A model generated the notes under the pieces. It was not told where the DNA came from, searched no databases, and saw only the letters and a list, made by a program, of their open reading frames with translations. Below, in pieces: positions 27,521 through 40,135 of a stretch of DNA of 40,221 nucleotides. Location: positions 1 to 40,221 of the forward strand of contig CBDUPA010000033.1 of NCBI GenBank assembly GCA_965368975.1. Reading direction: 5' to 3'. The stretch is from an uncultured bacterium. Lineage in GTDB: Bacteria > Acidobacteriota > Thermoanaerobaculia > Multivoradales > JAHZIX01. Each line of letters begins with the position of its first letter. Position 1 is the stretch's first letter. Both the position numbers and the translations under genes were made by a program.

Positions 27521-28897
27521 ATGGCTTTTCACGAAGAGTGGCCCGGTTATGCTGACACCGCTGTGCTCGACGAGCTCCGTGCCACGGACTTCCGGCGTCT
27601 CGACGAGCAGGGGCACGTCTACCTCGACTACACCGGCGGAGGGCTGTACGCGGAGTCGCAGATCCGCGAGCACTGCGACCTACTGCGCGAGCACGTGCTG
27701 GGGAACCCGCATTCGATCAATCCGACTTCAGCACGCACCAGCGAGTTGATCGAGCGCTGCCGCCAGCGGGTGCTGGAGTTTTTTCGCGCCGATCCGCGCG
27801 AGTACGTAGCCGTGTTCACCGCCAACGCCAGCCATGCCTTGAAGCTGGTGGGGGAGTCGTATCCCTTCGAGCGCGGCGACCAGTTCCTGCTCACCTTCGA
27901 CAACCACAACTCGGTCAACGGCATCCGCGAGTTCGACCGCGCCCACGGGGCCAAGACGACCTACGTGCCGCTGCTGCCGCCCGAGATGCGGGTCGACGAT
28001 GACGCGCTGGAGCGTCACCTCGAACGGGCGATTCCGGGGCGCAACAACTTGTTCGCGTTCCCGGCACAGTCCAACTTCTCGGGCATCCAGCATCCGCTGG
28101 AGTGGGTCGGGCGCGCGCAGGACCACGGTTGGGACGTCTTGCTCGATGCCGCCGCCTTCGTGCCCACCAACCGCCTCGATCTGTCGCGCCACCATCCGGA
28201 CTTTGTAGCCTTGTCGTTCTACAAGATGTTCGGCTATCCGACAGGTGTTGGTGCCTTGTTGGCGCGGCGTCGGGCGTTGACCAAATTGCACCGCCCCTGG
28301 TTCGCCGGTGGCACGATCACGGTGGCGTCCGTGCAAGCGGATCGCTTCTATCTGGCGCCGGGGGCCGAGGCGTTCGAGGATGGGACGCTCGACTATGCCA
28401 ACATTCCGGCTGTCGAGGTCGGTCTGCGGTACTTGGAGCAGATTGGCATCGAGCCTATCCACGAGCGCGTGCGCTGTCTCGGGGGGTGGCTGCTGCAACG
28501 GTTGCTCGACCTGCGCCACGCCAGTGGTCGACCGCTGGTCGCGCTCTACGGGCCTGGAACGATGGACGGTCGCGGCGCCACCTTCGCGCTCAATCTGCAC
28601 GATCCACAGGGCCGGCTGATCGACCACGAGGTCGTCGAGCGTCGAGCCGCCGAGCACGGCATCTCCATCCGCACCGGTTGCTTCTGCAATCCAGGCGCTG
28701 GTGAACTGGCACTCGGCTTGTCACGTCAAGAGATTCTCGGCTGCTTCACCGGTAACGACGACCGCATGACTTACGACGACTTCCACCACTGCATCACCGA
28801 CAAGGGTAGCGGTGCCGTGCGTGTGTCCCTGGGGCTGGTGAGCAACGTCGCGGATGTCGAGACCTTCTTGGCGTTCTTGGAGGGCTTCCGCGACTAG
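27521..28897 (+). CDS. Class V PLP enzyme resembling the NifS-like domain of molybdenum cofactor sulfurase (no MOSC domain)
   Basis: YLDYTG, GNPHS, FPAQSNFSG, LDAAAF, SFYKMFGYPTGVGAL (PLP Lys), FEDGT, RTGCFCNPG, AVRVSLG. Confidence 0.88.
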   Translation: MAFHEEWPGYADTAVLDELRATDFRRLDEQGHVYLDYTGGGLYAESQIREHCDLLREHVLGNPHSINPTSARTSELIERCRQRVLEFFRADPREYVAVFTANASHALKLVGESYPFERGDQFLLTFDNHNSVNGIREFDRAHGAKTTYVPLLPPEMRVDDDALERHLERAIPGRNNLFAFPAQSNFSGIQHPLEWVGRAQDHGWDVLLDAAAFVPTNRLDLSRHHPDFVALSFYKMFGYPTGVGALLARRRALTKLHRPWFAGGTITVASVQADRFYLAPGAEAFEDGTLDYANIPAVEVGLRYLEQIGIEPIHERVRCLGGWLLQRLLDLRHASGRPLVALYGPGTMDGRGATFALNLHDPQGRLIDHEVVERRAAEHGISIRTGCFCNPGAGELALGLSRQEILGCFTGNDDRMTYDDFHHCITDKGSGAVRVSLGLVSNVADVETFLAFLEGFRD

Positions 28898-28991
28898 CCA
28901 TCGAGGCCGCAACACCGATCCTTCGGATGCGTACAATGAGCTAGGTCCTACATGCCTTCGGTCCCGGTTGGGGGGCGAGGCGAGTTCTGTA

Positions 28992-29036
28992 TCCAAGAGG
29001 ATCCTCTCCAAGAGGATGCTGTTCAAGAGGAGTGGA
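28992..29036 (+). repeat. Three 15-bp tandem units, each containing CAAGAGGA, ending in the comA RBS
   Basis: tccaagaggatcctc / tccaagaggatgctg / ttcaagaggagtgga. Confidence 0.75.
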
Positions 29037-29037
29037 G

Positions 29038-30537
29038 ATGTTCGACTTTCTGGAGTCAGGTGGTACTCGTGCGCCTGCCGGCACCGGCGGCGCGGGACAT
29101 GGCGGCAAGACGATGGTGCTCGACAAGGGACTGGGCCTCTCGGCGCTGGATGACCTGCTGCAAGTGGCGAGCCGCTACATTGCCGTGATCAAGCTGGGCT
29201 GGGGCACCTCGGTGACCTACGACGAGGCGCTGCTGCGCGAGAAGCTCCAGCGCATTCGCGACGCCAGCGTTCACGTCTGTCCGGGCGGTACGTTGATGGA
29301 GTTGGCCTACGGCAAGGATGCGGTCGGACCGTGCCTGAGAGATCTGGCGGCGCTCGGTTTCTCAGCGGTGGAGATCTCGGATGGCACCGTCGAGATGCCG
29401 CTCGATGCCAAGCTGGACTTGATCCGGCGCGCCGTCGATGCCGGCTTCGTGACGCTTTCCGAGGTGGGCAAGAAGACATCGGAAGAAGACCAGCGGATGC
29501 GCGTCGCCGAGCGTGTCGAGCACATTCGCCGGGAACTCGAGGCCGGGTCGTGGAAGGTGATCTTGGAGGCTCGGGAAAGTGGTTCGCTGGGCATCTTCGA
29601 CGCTCGCGGTGAGGTCAAAGAGACGTTTGTCGACGAGCTGGTACGTGAGGTCGACGTCGACCAAGTGTTGTTCGAGGCTCCCAAGAAGAATCAGCAATTG
29701 TGGCTGATCCGGCGCTTCGGGCCGGGAGTGCACTTGGGCAACATTGCACCGGAAGACGCCGTCTCGGTCGAGACCCTGCGCCGCGGCTTGCGGGCAGATA
29801 CGGCGAAGGACTTTCAATTGCGCGAAGCGGATGTACGGATCGAGTTGGGTGTGGCCGGTGCCATCGCGGGAGCTCGGCGTGGCGACGTCGTGATCGTCGT
29901 CGACTGTCTGCGCGCCAGCTCGACCATCGTCACGGCCTTGTCCTCTGGCCTCGAAGCGGTCGTGCCCTGCGCTTCGATGGAGGACGGTCTGGGAGCTGAG
30001 CGCATCTCGGCCGGTGAGCGTGGTGGACGTAAGCTACCCGGATTCACGCACGGCAACTCGCCGATCGAAATTCGCGACCATGGATATTCGGCTGGCACCT
30101 TGTATCTGTCGACGACCAACGGTACCGAATGCCTGAACTGTGCGGCGCGTGGCGCCAGTGCCGTGCTGGTCGGCTGTTTGCTCAATGCCCGTGCCGTCGC
30201 CCGGGTCGCCCTCGAGCTGGCGCGGGAGGCGTCGACCCAGATCACCCTGGTGACCGCGGGCCGGCACAACCGCGAGGCTGCGGAGGATGCGATCGGTGCG
30301 ACCGAGATCGCGCACTACCTCGATCAGGGGCCGCCGCGCGGGGCCGTCGCCCCGAACTACAGTGACGACTACGTGGCCGACTTCATGGCCTCGGGAACGG
30401 GGCAGAATCTGGTCGACCTGGGCTATAGCGCGGATGTCGTTTTCTGTGCCCAGAAGGACGTCTACGACCTGGTGCCGATCTATCGCGATGGTCGCCTGGT
30501 GCCGTACCGGGCATCCCGCGATGCCTCGGGGCAGTAG
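29038..30537 (+). CDS. comAB: Fused phosphosulfolactate synthase (ComA) and 2-phosphosulfolactate phosphatase (ComB)
   Basis: ComA: TMVLDKGLG, KLGWGTS, PGGTLME, EISDG, SEVGKK, EARESG, FEAP, LGNI..ETLRRGLRADT. ComB: VVDCLRASSTI, GERGG, GNSP, STTNGT, GCLLNA. One continuous ORF; start placed at ATG 29038 after GAGGAG. Confidence 0.9.
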   Translation: MFDFLESGGTRAPAGTGGAGHGGKTMVLDKGLGLSALDDLLQVASRYIAVIKLGWGTSVTYDEALLREKLQRIRDASVHVCPGGTLMELAYGKDAVGPCLRDLAALGFSAVEISDGTVEMPLDAKLDLIRRAVDAGFVTLSEVGKKTSEEDQRMRVAERVEHIRRELEAGSWKVILEARESGSLGIFDARGEVKETFVDELVREVDVDQVLFEAPKKNQQLWLIRRFGPGVHLGNIAPEDAVSVETLRRGLRADTAKDFQLREADVRIELGVAGAIAGARRGDVVIVVDCLRASSTIVTALSSGLEAVVPCASMEDGLGAERISAGERGGRKLPGFTHGNSPIEIRDHGYSAGTLYLSTTNGTECLNCAARGASAVLVGCLLNARAVARVALELAREASTQITLVTAGRHNREAAEDAIGATEIAHYLDQGPPRGAVAPNYSDDYVADFMASGTGQNLVDLGYSADVVFCAQKDVYDLVPIYRDGRLVPYRASRDASGQ

Positions 30538-30559
30538 GGGGCTGAGCAGAGCGCGCTCG

Positions 30560-31891
30560 TCAAGGTTCGATTCGCCGTACCCACACCCGGCGTCCGTCGC
30601 GCAACTCGTAGCAGTCCATGGTGCGGAACGTCGTGTCCCCGTTGGCGTCGAAACGCCAGCGGCCGAGCAAGCCTTCGAAGTCGCGCAGATTGTCGAGTGC
30701 GTCGAGAACTCCTGCGCGGTCTGGGGTCTTGGCCTGGGCGATGACGTGCAGCAGGACGCGGGCCGCCTCGTAGTTCTGTAGAACGCCGGGCAGCGGTGGG
30801 CTGCCGAAGCGGTTCTGATAGCGCTGTGCGAAGTCGTAGACGTCGATGCCGTGTGGACCGCCGGGCAAGCCAGGGGCGGTGATGTAGATGTGGCTGCCGT
30901 ACTCTGGCAGCTCGGCTTCGTCGAGGGGCAGCAGGCTGCGGGCTCCGAAGATCGGCATGCCGGCGGTCTGGGCACGTATGGTCGAGGTAAAGAGTCGACC
31001 CCCCTCCGCGTCAGTGCCGCCGAAGAAGATCAGGTCAGGCTCTGCCGCCACTGCCTTGGCGGCGGCGCTGCGGGCGTCGCTCTGGACATCGGCCTGGATA
31101 CCGCCTTGCGGAGCGAGAGGTGCCGGTAGCCTCGGTGGCCTGCCGTGCGAGTGCGGTCCGAGTTCCCCACCGATGCGCGCAGGCTGGTAGTCGAAGGTGA
31201 TGCGACCGAGCACTTGCATGCCGAGGTCGCGCGCGGTCAGCTCGAAAGCTCCGGCCAAGCCGCGGCCGTAGGAGCTACCGTTGTCGACCACGAAGACACG
31301 GCGCAGCCCAAGGTCGTCCGCCCATCGCGCCGCCGCTGCGCCCACCAGGTTGTCGGTGGGCGTCAAGCGGAAGAAGTGCCGGCGGCCCGAGGGGTAGTAG
31401 ATCGCCGGTTCTCCAGCTCCGAAGCCGGGCTGGGTCAGCCCCGGCCAGCTGGCTTCGGTGGACAATTGCGCCAGGCCACCGCGGTTGAGCTGGGGCAGCA
31501 CAGCCTGGGTCATCGAGGTGAAGGGCGAACCGAGGTAGGCCACCACTGTTGGATCTGCCAGCGCCTGGCGGGCCGCTCGCTGTTCCGCCACCAGGGATGG
31601 AGCCCCTGCCGGGTCGAAAGGTGTCGGGCTGGTGTCGAGCGGCAAGAGCTCGACACGCACGTCACCGGCCTGATGACCGGCTTCGTCGAGTGCCATCTCG
31701 ACTGCCTGTCGCCGTGCCAATCCCCGTTGCGACTCGAACATTCCGCTCATCGCGATCTTCACCGTGGCTGTCGGCGGCACGGGTGTCGACGACGGCTCGG
31801 TGCTACAGCTGCACAGACCGACGGTGAGAGTGATCGTGAAGGTTACGGCCAGAACTTTGCGAAGGTTCCAGCGAAGGGGATACCCATGCAT
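30560..31891 (-). CDS. Branched-chain amino acid ABC substrate-binding protein (LivK/PBP type 1), probable lipoprotein
   Basis: Hydrophobic N-terminus with Cys; YLGSPFTS, FFRL.PTD, YGRGLA, PDLIFFGG, G..G...FDANGD. Start uncertain. Confidence 0.82.
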   Translation of the reverse strand: MHGYPLRWNLRKVLAVTFTITLTVGLCSCSTEPSSTPVPPTATVKIAMSGMFESQRGLARRQAVEMALDEAGHQAGDVRVELLPLDTSPTPFDPAGAPSLVAEQRAARQALADPTVVAYLGSPFTSMTQAVLPQLNRGGLAQLSTEASWPGLTQPGFGAGEPAIYYPSGRRHFFRLTPTDNLVGAAAARWADDLGLRRVFVVDNGSSYGRGLAGAFELTARDLGMQVLGRITFDYQPARIGGELGPHSHGRPPRLPAPLAPQGGIQADVQSDARSAAAKAVAAEPDLIFFGGTDAEGGRLFTSTIRAQTAGMPIFGARSLLPLDEAELPEYGSHIYITAPGLPGGPHGIDVYDFAQRYQNRFGSPPLPGVLQNYEAARVLLHVIAQAKTPDRAGVLDALDNLRDFEGLLGRWRFDANGDTTFRTMDCYELRDGRRVWVRRIEP

Positions 31892-32135
31892 AGTCGAAGC
31901 TCAAAGCATCAGAAGATGGTGAACGGAAACGAATACGGCATTAGTATAGCAGGTACTCCAACATGTGCCCGCCGCTCGGCCCGTTCTACAATCCAACCTT
32001 ACAACTCCAGTTCCGCACCGTCGGTGATTCCCTCGCCCTCACGGCGTCCTTGCGCGAGCTTGATCCTCGCTGCCGCGGGTGCCGCCGGTGCAGGAGTTAC
32101 GCTATAAGTGAACGGTAGTTGCGCTCACAAGACGA

Positions 32136-32184
32136 GAGCGGCACTCCGAGTCGAGTCGTCCAACAGCTCGGACTCGGAGCGCTC
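32136..32184 (-). terminator. Hairpin just downstream of the Cys-rich gene, possible terminator
   Basis: CTCCGAGTCGAG ... CTCGGACTCGGAG inverted repeat with a 1-nt bulge; weak U-tract only. Confidence 0.35.
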
Positions 32185-32192
32185 CGTGTTGC

Positions 32193-32654
32193 TCACCTGT
32201 CGTCGGGTACCTGCTCGTGAGGTGGCGCCGGCAAGGCAACAAGCCACTGGCAGCTCACGCAAGCGGTGCCGTCTTCCTTGTAGCAGCCGCCCCGGCACTT
32301 CGCGTTGCCACCGACGATCGTTTCTTGGCAGTTGTTCTCGGGGCAAGTCATCGGTGACGAGCAACGGCACTCAATGGCTGCCGCGACAAAGCGCGAAGTC
32401 TCATCGTCGAGATCGAAGCCGTACCGGAGGGTGCTGACGCCGTCGGCGTTTTGCACGAGCTCGAAGTCGACGCCGTCACGAAACTGCACCTCGTTGGCAC
32501 TCAGAACCTCGAAGTAGGCGTTGCTCTCGAGCTTCTGCGTGCGGCTGGCCGACGTCTCCTCACACTGAGTGGATTGGGCACTCAGCGGCGCGGAACCGAG
32601 CAACAGCAGGGTTCCAAGGCAGAGCATTTCACAGATCTTCAATGTGTACTTCAT
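32193..32654 (-). CDS. Secreted cysteine-rich hypothetical protein
   Basis: GGAGGAGG RBS; signal peptide ending LSA|Q; eight Cys in ~40 aa near the C-terminus. Confidence 0.8.
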   Translation of the reverse strand: MKYTLKICEMLCLGTLLLLGSAPLSAQSTQCEETSASRTQKLESNAYFEVLSANEVQFRDGVDFELVQNADGVSTLRYGFDLDDETSRFVAAAIECRCSSPMTCPENNCQETIVGGNAKCRGGCYKEDGTACVSCQWLVALPAPPHEQVPDDR

Positions 32655-32828
32655 GAATCCTCCTCCGGCTCACGCAGAGCCGTTGATGGGCTTCCGTAGG
32701 AAGCGTGATTGGACTGAAAAGTCCAGAGTACAGATGTTCAGATCATTTCTACCATGGATCCGTTTTGGGTGTCTGAGCGCCAAGGTTCCCTTTTACTCTA
32801 GAATGGTTCCACTAACGAGGAGGCATGT

Positions 32829-33317
32829 ATGCCTGTCGACAAGTTCATGGACAAGGCCTGGAAGGTCGGGGGTATCAATCTCTTCTTGGGCCTTATCGCC
32901 GCTGCGGTGATCCATCTGGTGCCGGGTTTGAAGGGAGCAACGGCTGCCTTCGCCCTGCTCTTGGCCGCTGCCGTGACCAGTCTGAGCTACCTGATCTTGC
33001 AGAATCGAAAGACTTTGCAGTGGGTGCTCCGGAGTTCACGGATCGGCGAGTGTTTGTCAGACCTCGACAGTCCCTTCCTGAGGTACCTGAGCGATCGACT
33101 GGTCGACCAGACGTGCAACACGGTAGAGCAACTCTTCAGTGGTCGCCATCGGAAGTCCACCATCAGGAAGCCGGTAGCCATGGTGCGCTGGGGGTTCTCA
33201 GGAAAGAATCGAGGTGGCAGCTACTTCGAGGAGCCGTTCATCGTGGCGCAAATCGAGCAGATCTTCGCGGAACTCAGCGAGAATGCTTATGTTTACGAGG
33301 GGGTGCCGGAGAGGTAA
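32829..33317 (+). CDS. Hypothetical membrane protein with two N-terminal TM helices
   Basis: GAGGAGG RBS 5 nt before ATG; two hydrophobic segments followed by a soluble region; fills the gap between real genes. Confidence 0.65.
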   Translation: MPVDKFMDKAWKVGGINLFLGLIAAAVIHLVPGLKGATAAFALLLAAAVTSLSYLILQNRKTLQWVLRSSRIGECLSDLDSPFLRYLSDRLVDQTCNTVEQLFSGRHRKSTIRKPVAMVRWGFSGKNRGGSYFEEPFIVAQIEQIFAELSENAYVYEGVPER

Positions 33318-33336
33318 CGATTTGTGCCGTTCGTCG

Positions 33337-35811
33337 CTATGTCCCCGGCAACAAGCTCTCCCACATCGCCTCGACATCCGCTTCCGCCGGCTCCGGCCCC
33401 GACGTTAGCAACTGCTGATACAGCGAGTGCCCCGGCGGCAACCCCGTAGCCCGTAGGATCTCCAACGCCCTCTCCGACGTCCTCTCCGCGCCAGCGGCAT
33501 CCCCCGCCTGATGCTGAGCCCGCGACAGATTGATCAGGACGTAGAGCAGCGAGATATCGCTGTCTCCTCGCTCCGCTTCCTGCGTCGCTAATGCTTGCTG
33601 CAGCAGCGGCAAGGCGTCTGCCGGGCGGCCCAGGGCGAGCAAGGTACCACCCATGTTGTTGCGCCCTCGGCTGGCGTCGTAGCTGTCTTCACCGGACAGG
33701 CGGATGCGGCCGGCGAGTTCTAGGCGTCGTAGCTGGAAGGCGCTCTTGGCGTTGCCTTCGCGGGTCAGGAGGTCTGCCAGCAGGGCGTGGACGGCGTTGA
33801 GTTCTTGACTCGGTCTCTTGGTGAGACTGCTACCTTCGAGTTGGGGCAAGGCGCGCTCGAGCAAGACTTTCGCTTCGCCGCGCTGGCCCAATTCCAGCAG
33901 CACGTGCGCCAGGTTGATGCGGCTTCTCAAGGTTTGTGGGTGGTCTGGACCGAGGGTGGCTTCGCGGATCTTCAGGGCTTCGCGGAAGGCCTCGCGGGCT
34001 TGCTGCGGGTCGAGGTCGCGCTCGATGAGGGCGAGGGCGCTGAGTTGACGGGCGGTGCTGGGGTGTTCGTGGCCGTTCCAGATCTCACTCAAGCGCAGGG
34101 CGCGCCGTGCGATCTCTTCGGCGACGTCGAAATTGCCGGCCAGGTAGTGGACCTGGGAGGCGACGAAGAAGCGGTCGAGTTGCAGGCTTTGGGACTCGGT
34201 GGTTCTCCGCGCGACGTCGCGGGCTTTGTGCAGGCTGGCGAGGGCGTCGTCGTGAGCTTCGGCGTTCATGGACAGGGTCTGGCTTTGCAGTTGCGCTTGC
34301 AGCAAGAGACTGCGGGCCTGCAATTCGACGTTGCCGGCCAGGCCGGCGTGGTGCAGGGCGAGGCCGAGGCTGGTGAGGGCGAGGTTGTCGTTGCCGGCTT
34401 GTAGGTACTCACGGGCTTGTCCGAAGTGCTGTTCGCTGCGCGTGGTGTTGACGTCGATGGGGGCGCGTTCGTCGAGGAGCAGCCAGATGCCGGTAGAGAG
34501 CAGTAAGGCGACGGCGGCGGCCTGGGCGAGGCGGCGTAGGTCGTGACGACGGGGATGCAGCGCGGCGAGCAGACTGCGCATATCGGGGTAGCGGTGCGCG
34601 GGGTCGGGGTCGAGACCGCGCAGGAGAGCGCGGAACAGCCACAGAGGTGGCCGGTGCCAGGGCCACTGCCAGTCTTCGAGACGGGTGCCGGGACGGTGAG
34701 GTTCGGGGTCTTTGGCGTCGGATCTGGCTGCAGCGAGACTCGCCGGGTCGGGTGGCAACTCGCCGTAGAGCAATTGGTAGAGCGAGACGCAGAAGGAGTA
34801 TTGGTCACCGCGTGCGTCGGTGCTCTGGCCGTGCAGTTGCTCGGGGGCCATGTAGGCGGGGGTGCCGATGAGGGCGCCGGGTTGGGTGAGGGTGTCGTCG
34901 GGGCTCACGGAACTGGCTGTACCCGACCGGTCGGCATCTCTGCTTGCGCGGGATCTTCCTTTGCTGCCGGGGGCGCTGCTGGCTGCTCGAGGCTGGGCGT
35001 CGGGATGCGGGTTGCCATCGGCGTCGAGCAGGTCGGTGACCGTCTCGGCTCTCGGGGCTGCGGTGCGGGCGAGGCCGAAGTCGAGGACGCGGACACGGCC
35101 GGCGCCGTCGATCAAGACGTTGCTGGGCTTGAAGTCGCGGTGTACGAGGCCCGACTCGTGCGCGGCAGCGAGACCTTCGCCGGCTTGCCGCAAGAGCTGC
35201 AGGACCTGGCGCCAGGGGGGGCTGTGGCCGCTGGCCCGCTGGCGCCGGCTCCAGGTGGAGAGGGTCTCGCCTTCGATCAGTTCCATGGCCAGGAAGACCT
35301 GGTCGCCATGGCTGCCGATGTCGTAGACGGTGACGACGTTGGGGTGGGTCAGGCGGGCCAGCGCCCAGGCTTCGCGCAGCAGCCGTTGCCGGGCCTGTTC
35401 GGCACGTCGGGCATTCTTTGCGCGATCGCGGCCGCGCGGTTGCAGGCGCTGCGGATGGAGGACTTTCAGCGCGACGTTGCGGTCAAGTTTGGGGTCGTAG
35501 GCGCGGTAGACGACGCCCATGCCGCCCTGGCCCAGCTTCTGGCGCAGCAGGTAGCGGTCGAGCTGCGAGCCGAGCGTCAGCGGGTCACCGGTCGTCGCGG
35601 GCCGCGAGTCACGGATCGCCGAGGCCGGGCGTGGCGGTGGTGCGACCTTCTCGGTCGGCAGCCGTGACGGCCGAGGTTCGACGGTCGTGGTGTCTGGCTT
35701 GCGGTTGGTGTCTGGCTTGCTAGCCGTGTCTGGTTGGGCGGGCGCGGGCTTCTTCGGCGGTGCTGGTGCGCCGGGGGGCGAGCCATCGACGGGGTTCCAG
35801 CGGCGGGGCAT
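33337..35811 (-). CDS. Hanks-type Ser/Thr protein kinase with TM helix and TPR repeats
   Basis: LGQGGMGVVY, VALK, HRDFKPSN, DFGLA, GTPAYMAPE, DQYSF; TPR-like repeats (LGPDHPQT). Confidence 0.95.
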   Translation of the reverse strand: MPRRWNPVDGSPPGAPAPPKKPAPAQPDTASKPDTNRKPDTTTVEPRPSRLPTEKVAPPPRPASAIRDSRPATTGDPLTLGSQLDRYLLRQKLGQGGMGVVYRAYDPKLDRNVALKVLHPQRLQPRGRDRAKNARRAEQARQRLLREAWALARLTHPNVVTVYDIGSHGDQVFLAMELIEGETLSTWSRRQRASGHSPPWRQVLQLLRQAGEGLAAAHESGLVHRDFKPSNVLIDGAGRVRVLDFGLARTAAPRAETVTDLLDADGNPHPDAQPRAASSAPGSKGRSRASRDADRSGTASSVSPDDTLTQPGALIGTPAYMAPEQLHGQSTDARGDQYSFCVSLYQLLYGELPPDPASLAAARSDAKDPEPHRPGTRLEDWQWPWHRPPLWLFRALLRGLDPDPAHRYPDMRSLLAALHPRRHDLRRLAQAAAVALLLSTGIWLLLDERAPIDVNTTRSEQHFGQAREYLQAGNDNLALTSLGLALHHAGLAGNVELQARSLLLQAQLQSQTLSMNAEAHDDALASLHKARDVARRTTESQSLQLDRFFVASQVHYLAGNFDVAEEIARRALRLSEIWNGHEHPSTARQLSALALIERDLDPQQAREAFREALKIREATLGPDHPQTLRSRINLAHVLLELGQRGEAKVLLERALPQLEGSSLTKRPSQELNAVHALLADLLTREGNAKSAFQLRRLELAGRIRLSGEDSYDASRGRNNMGGTLLALGRPADALPLLQQALATQEAERGDSDISLLYVLINLSRAQHQAGDAAGAERTSERALEILRATGLPPGHSLYQQLLTSGPEPAEADVEAMWESLLPGT

Positions 35812-35832
35812 GCGTGCGTCTCGCGAGGTCCG

Positions 35833-40022
<4,190 letters not shown>

Positions 40023-40135
40023 CGATTTTAGAGCTCAGCCGGGGGAGGCTCTGGAAACACTTCAGTTTAGCATGTCAGCCTCGCCCACGGCGCCGCCGAC
40101 ACGCTCTCGGACCTACCGGCCGGGCCCCGGGCGAC

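Noticed and set aside
28992-29036. Short repeats considered as a mini-CRISPR
   Set aside because: Contiguous 15-bp units without spacers, and no cas genes in the window.
29038-30537. Complete coenzyme M pathway
   Set aside because: No comC or comDE in the window; only sulfolactate formation is supported.
32655-32828. Sigma54 -24/-12 promoter for the nearby EBP
   Set aside because: No convincing TGGCAC-N5-TTGC match seen on either strand.
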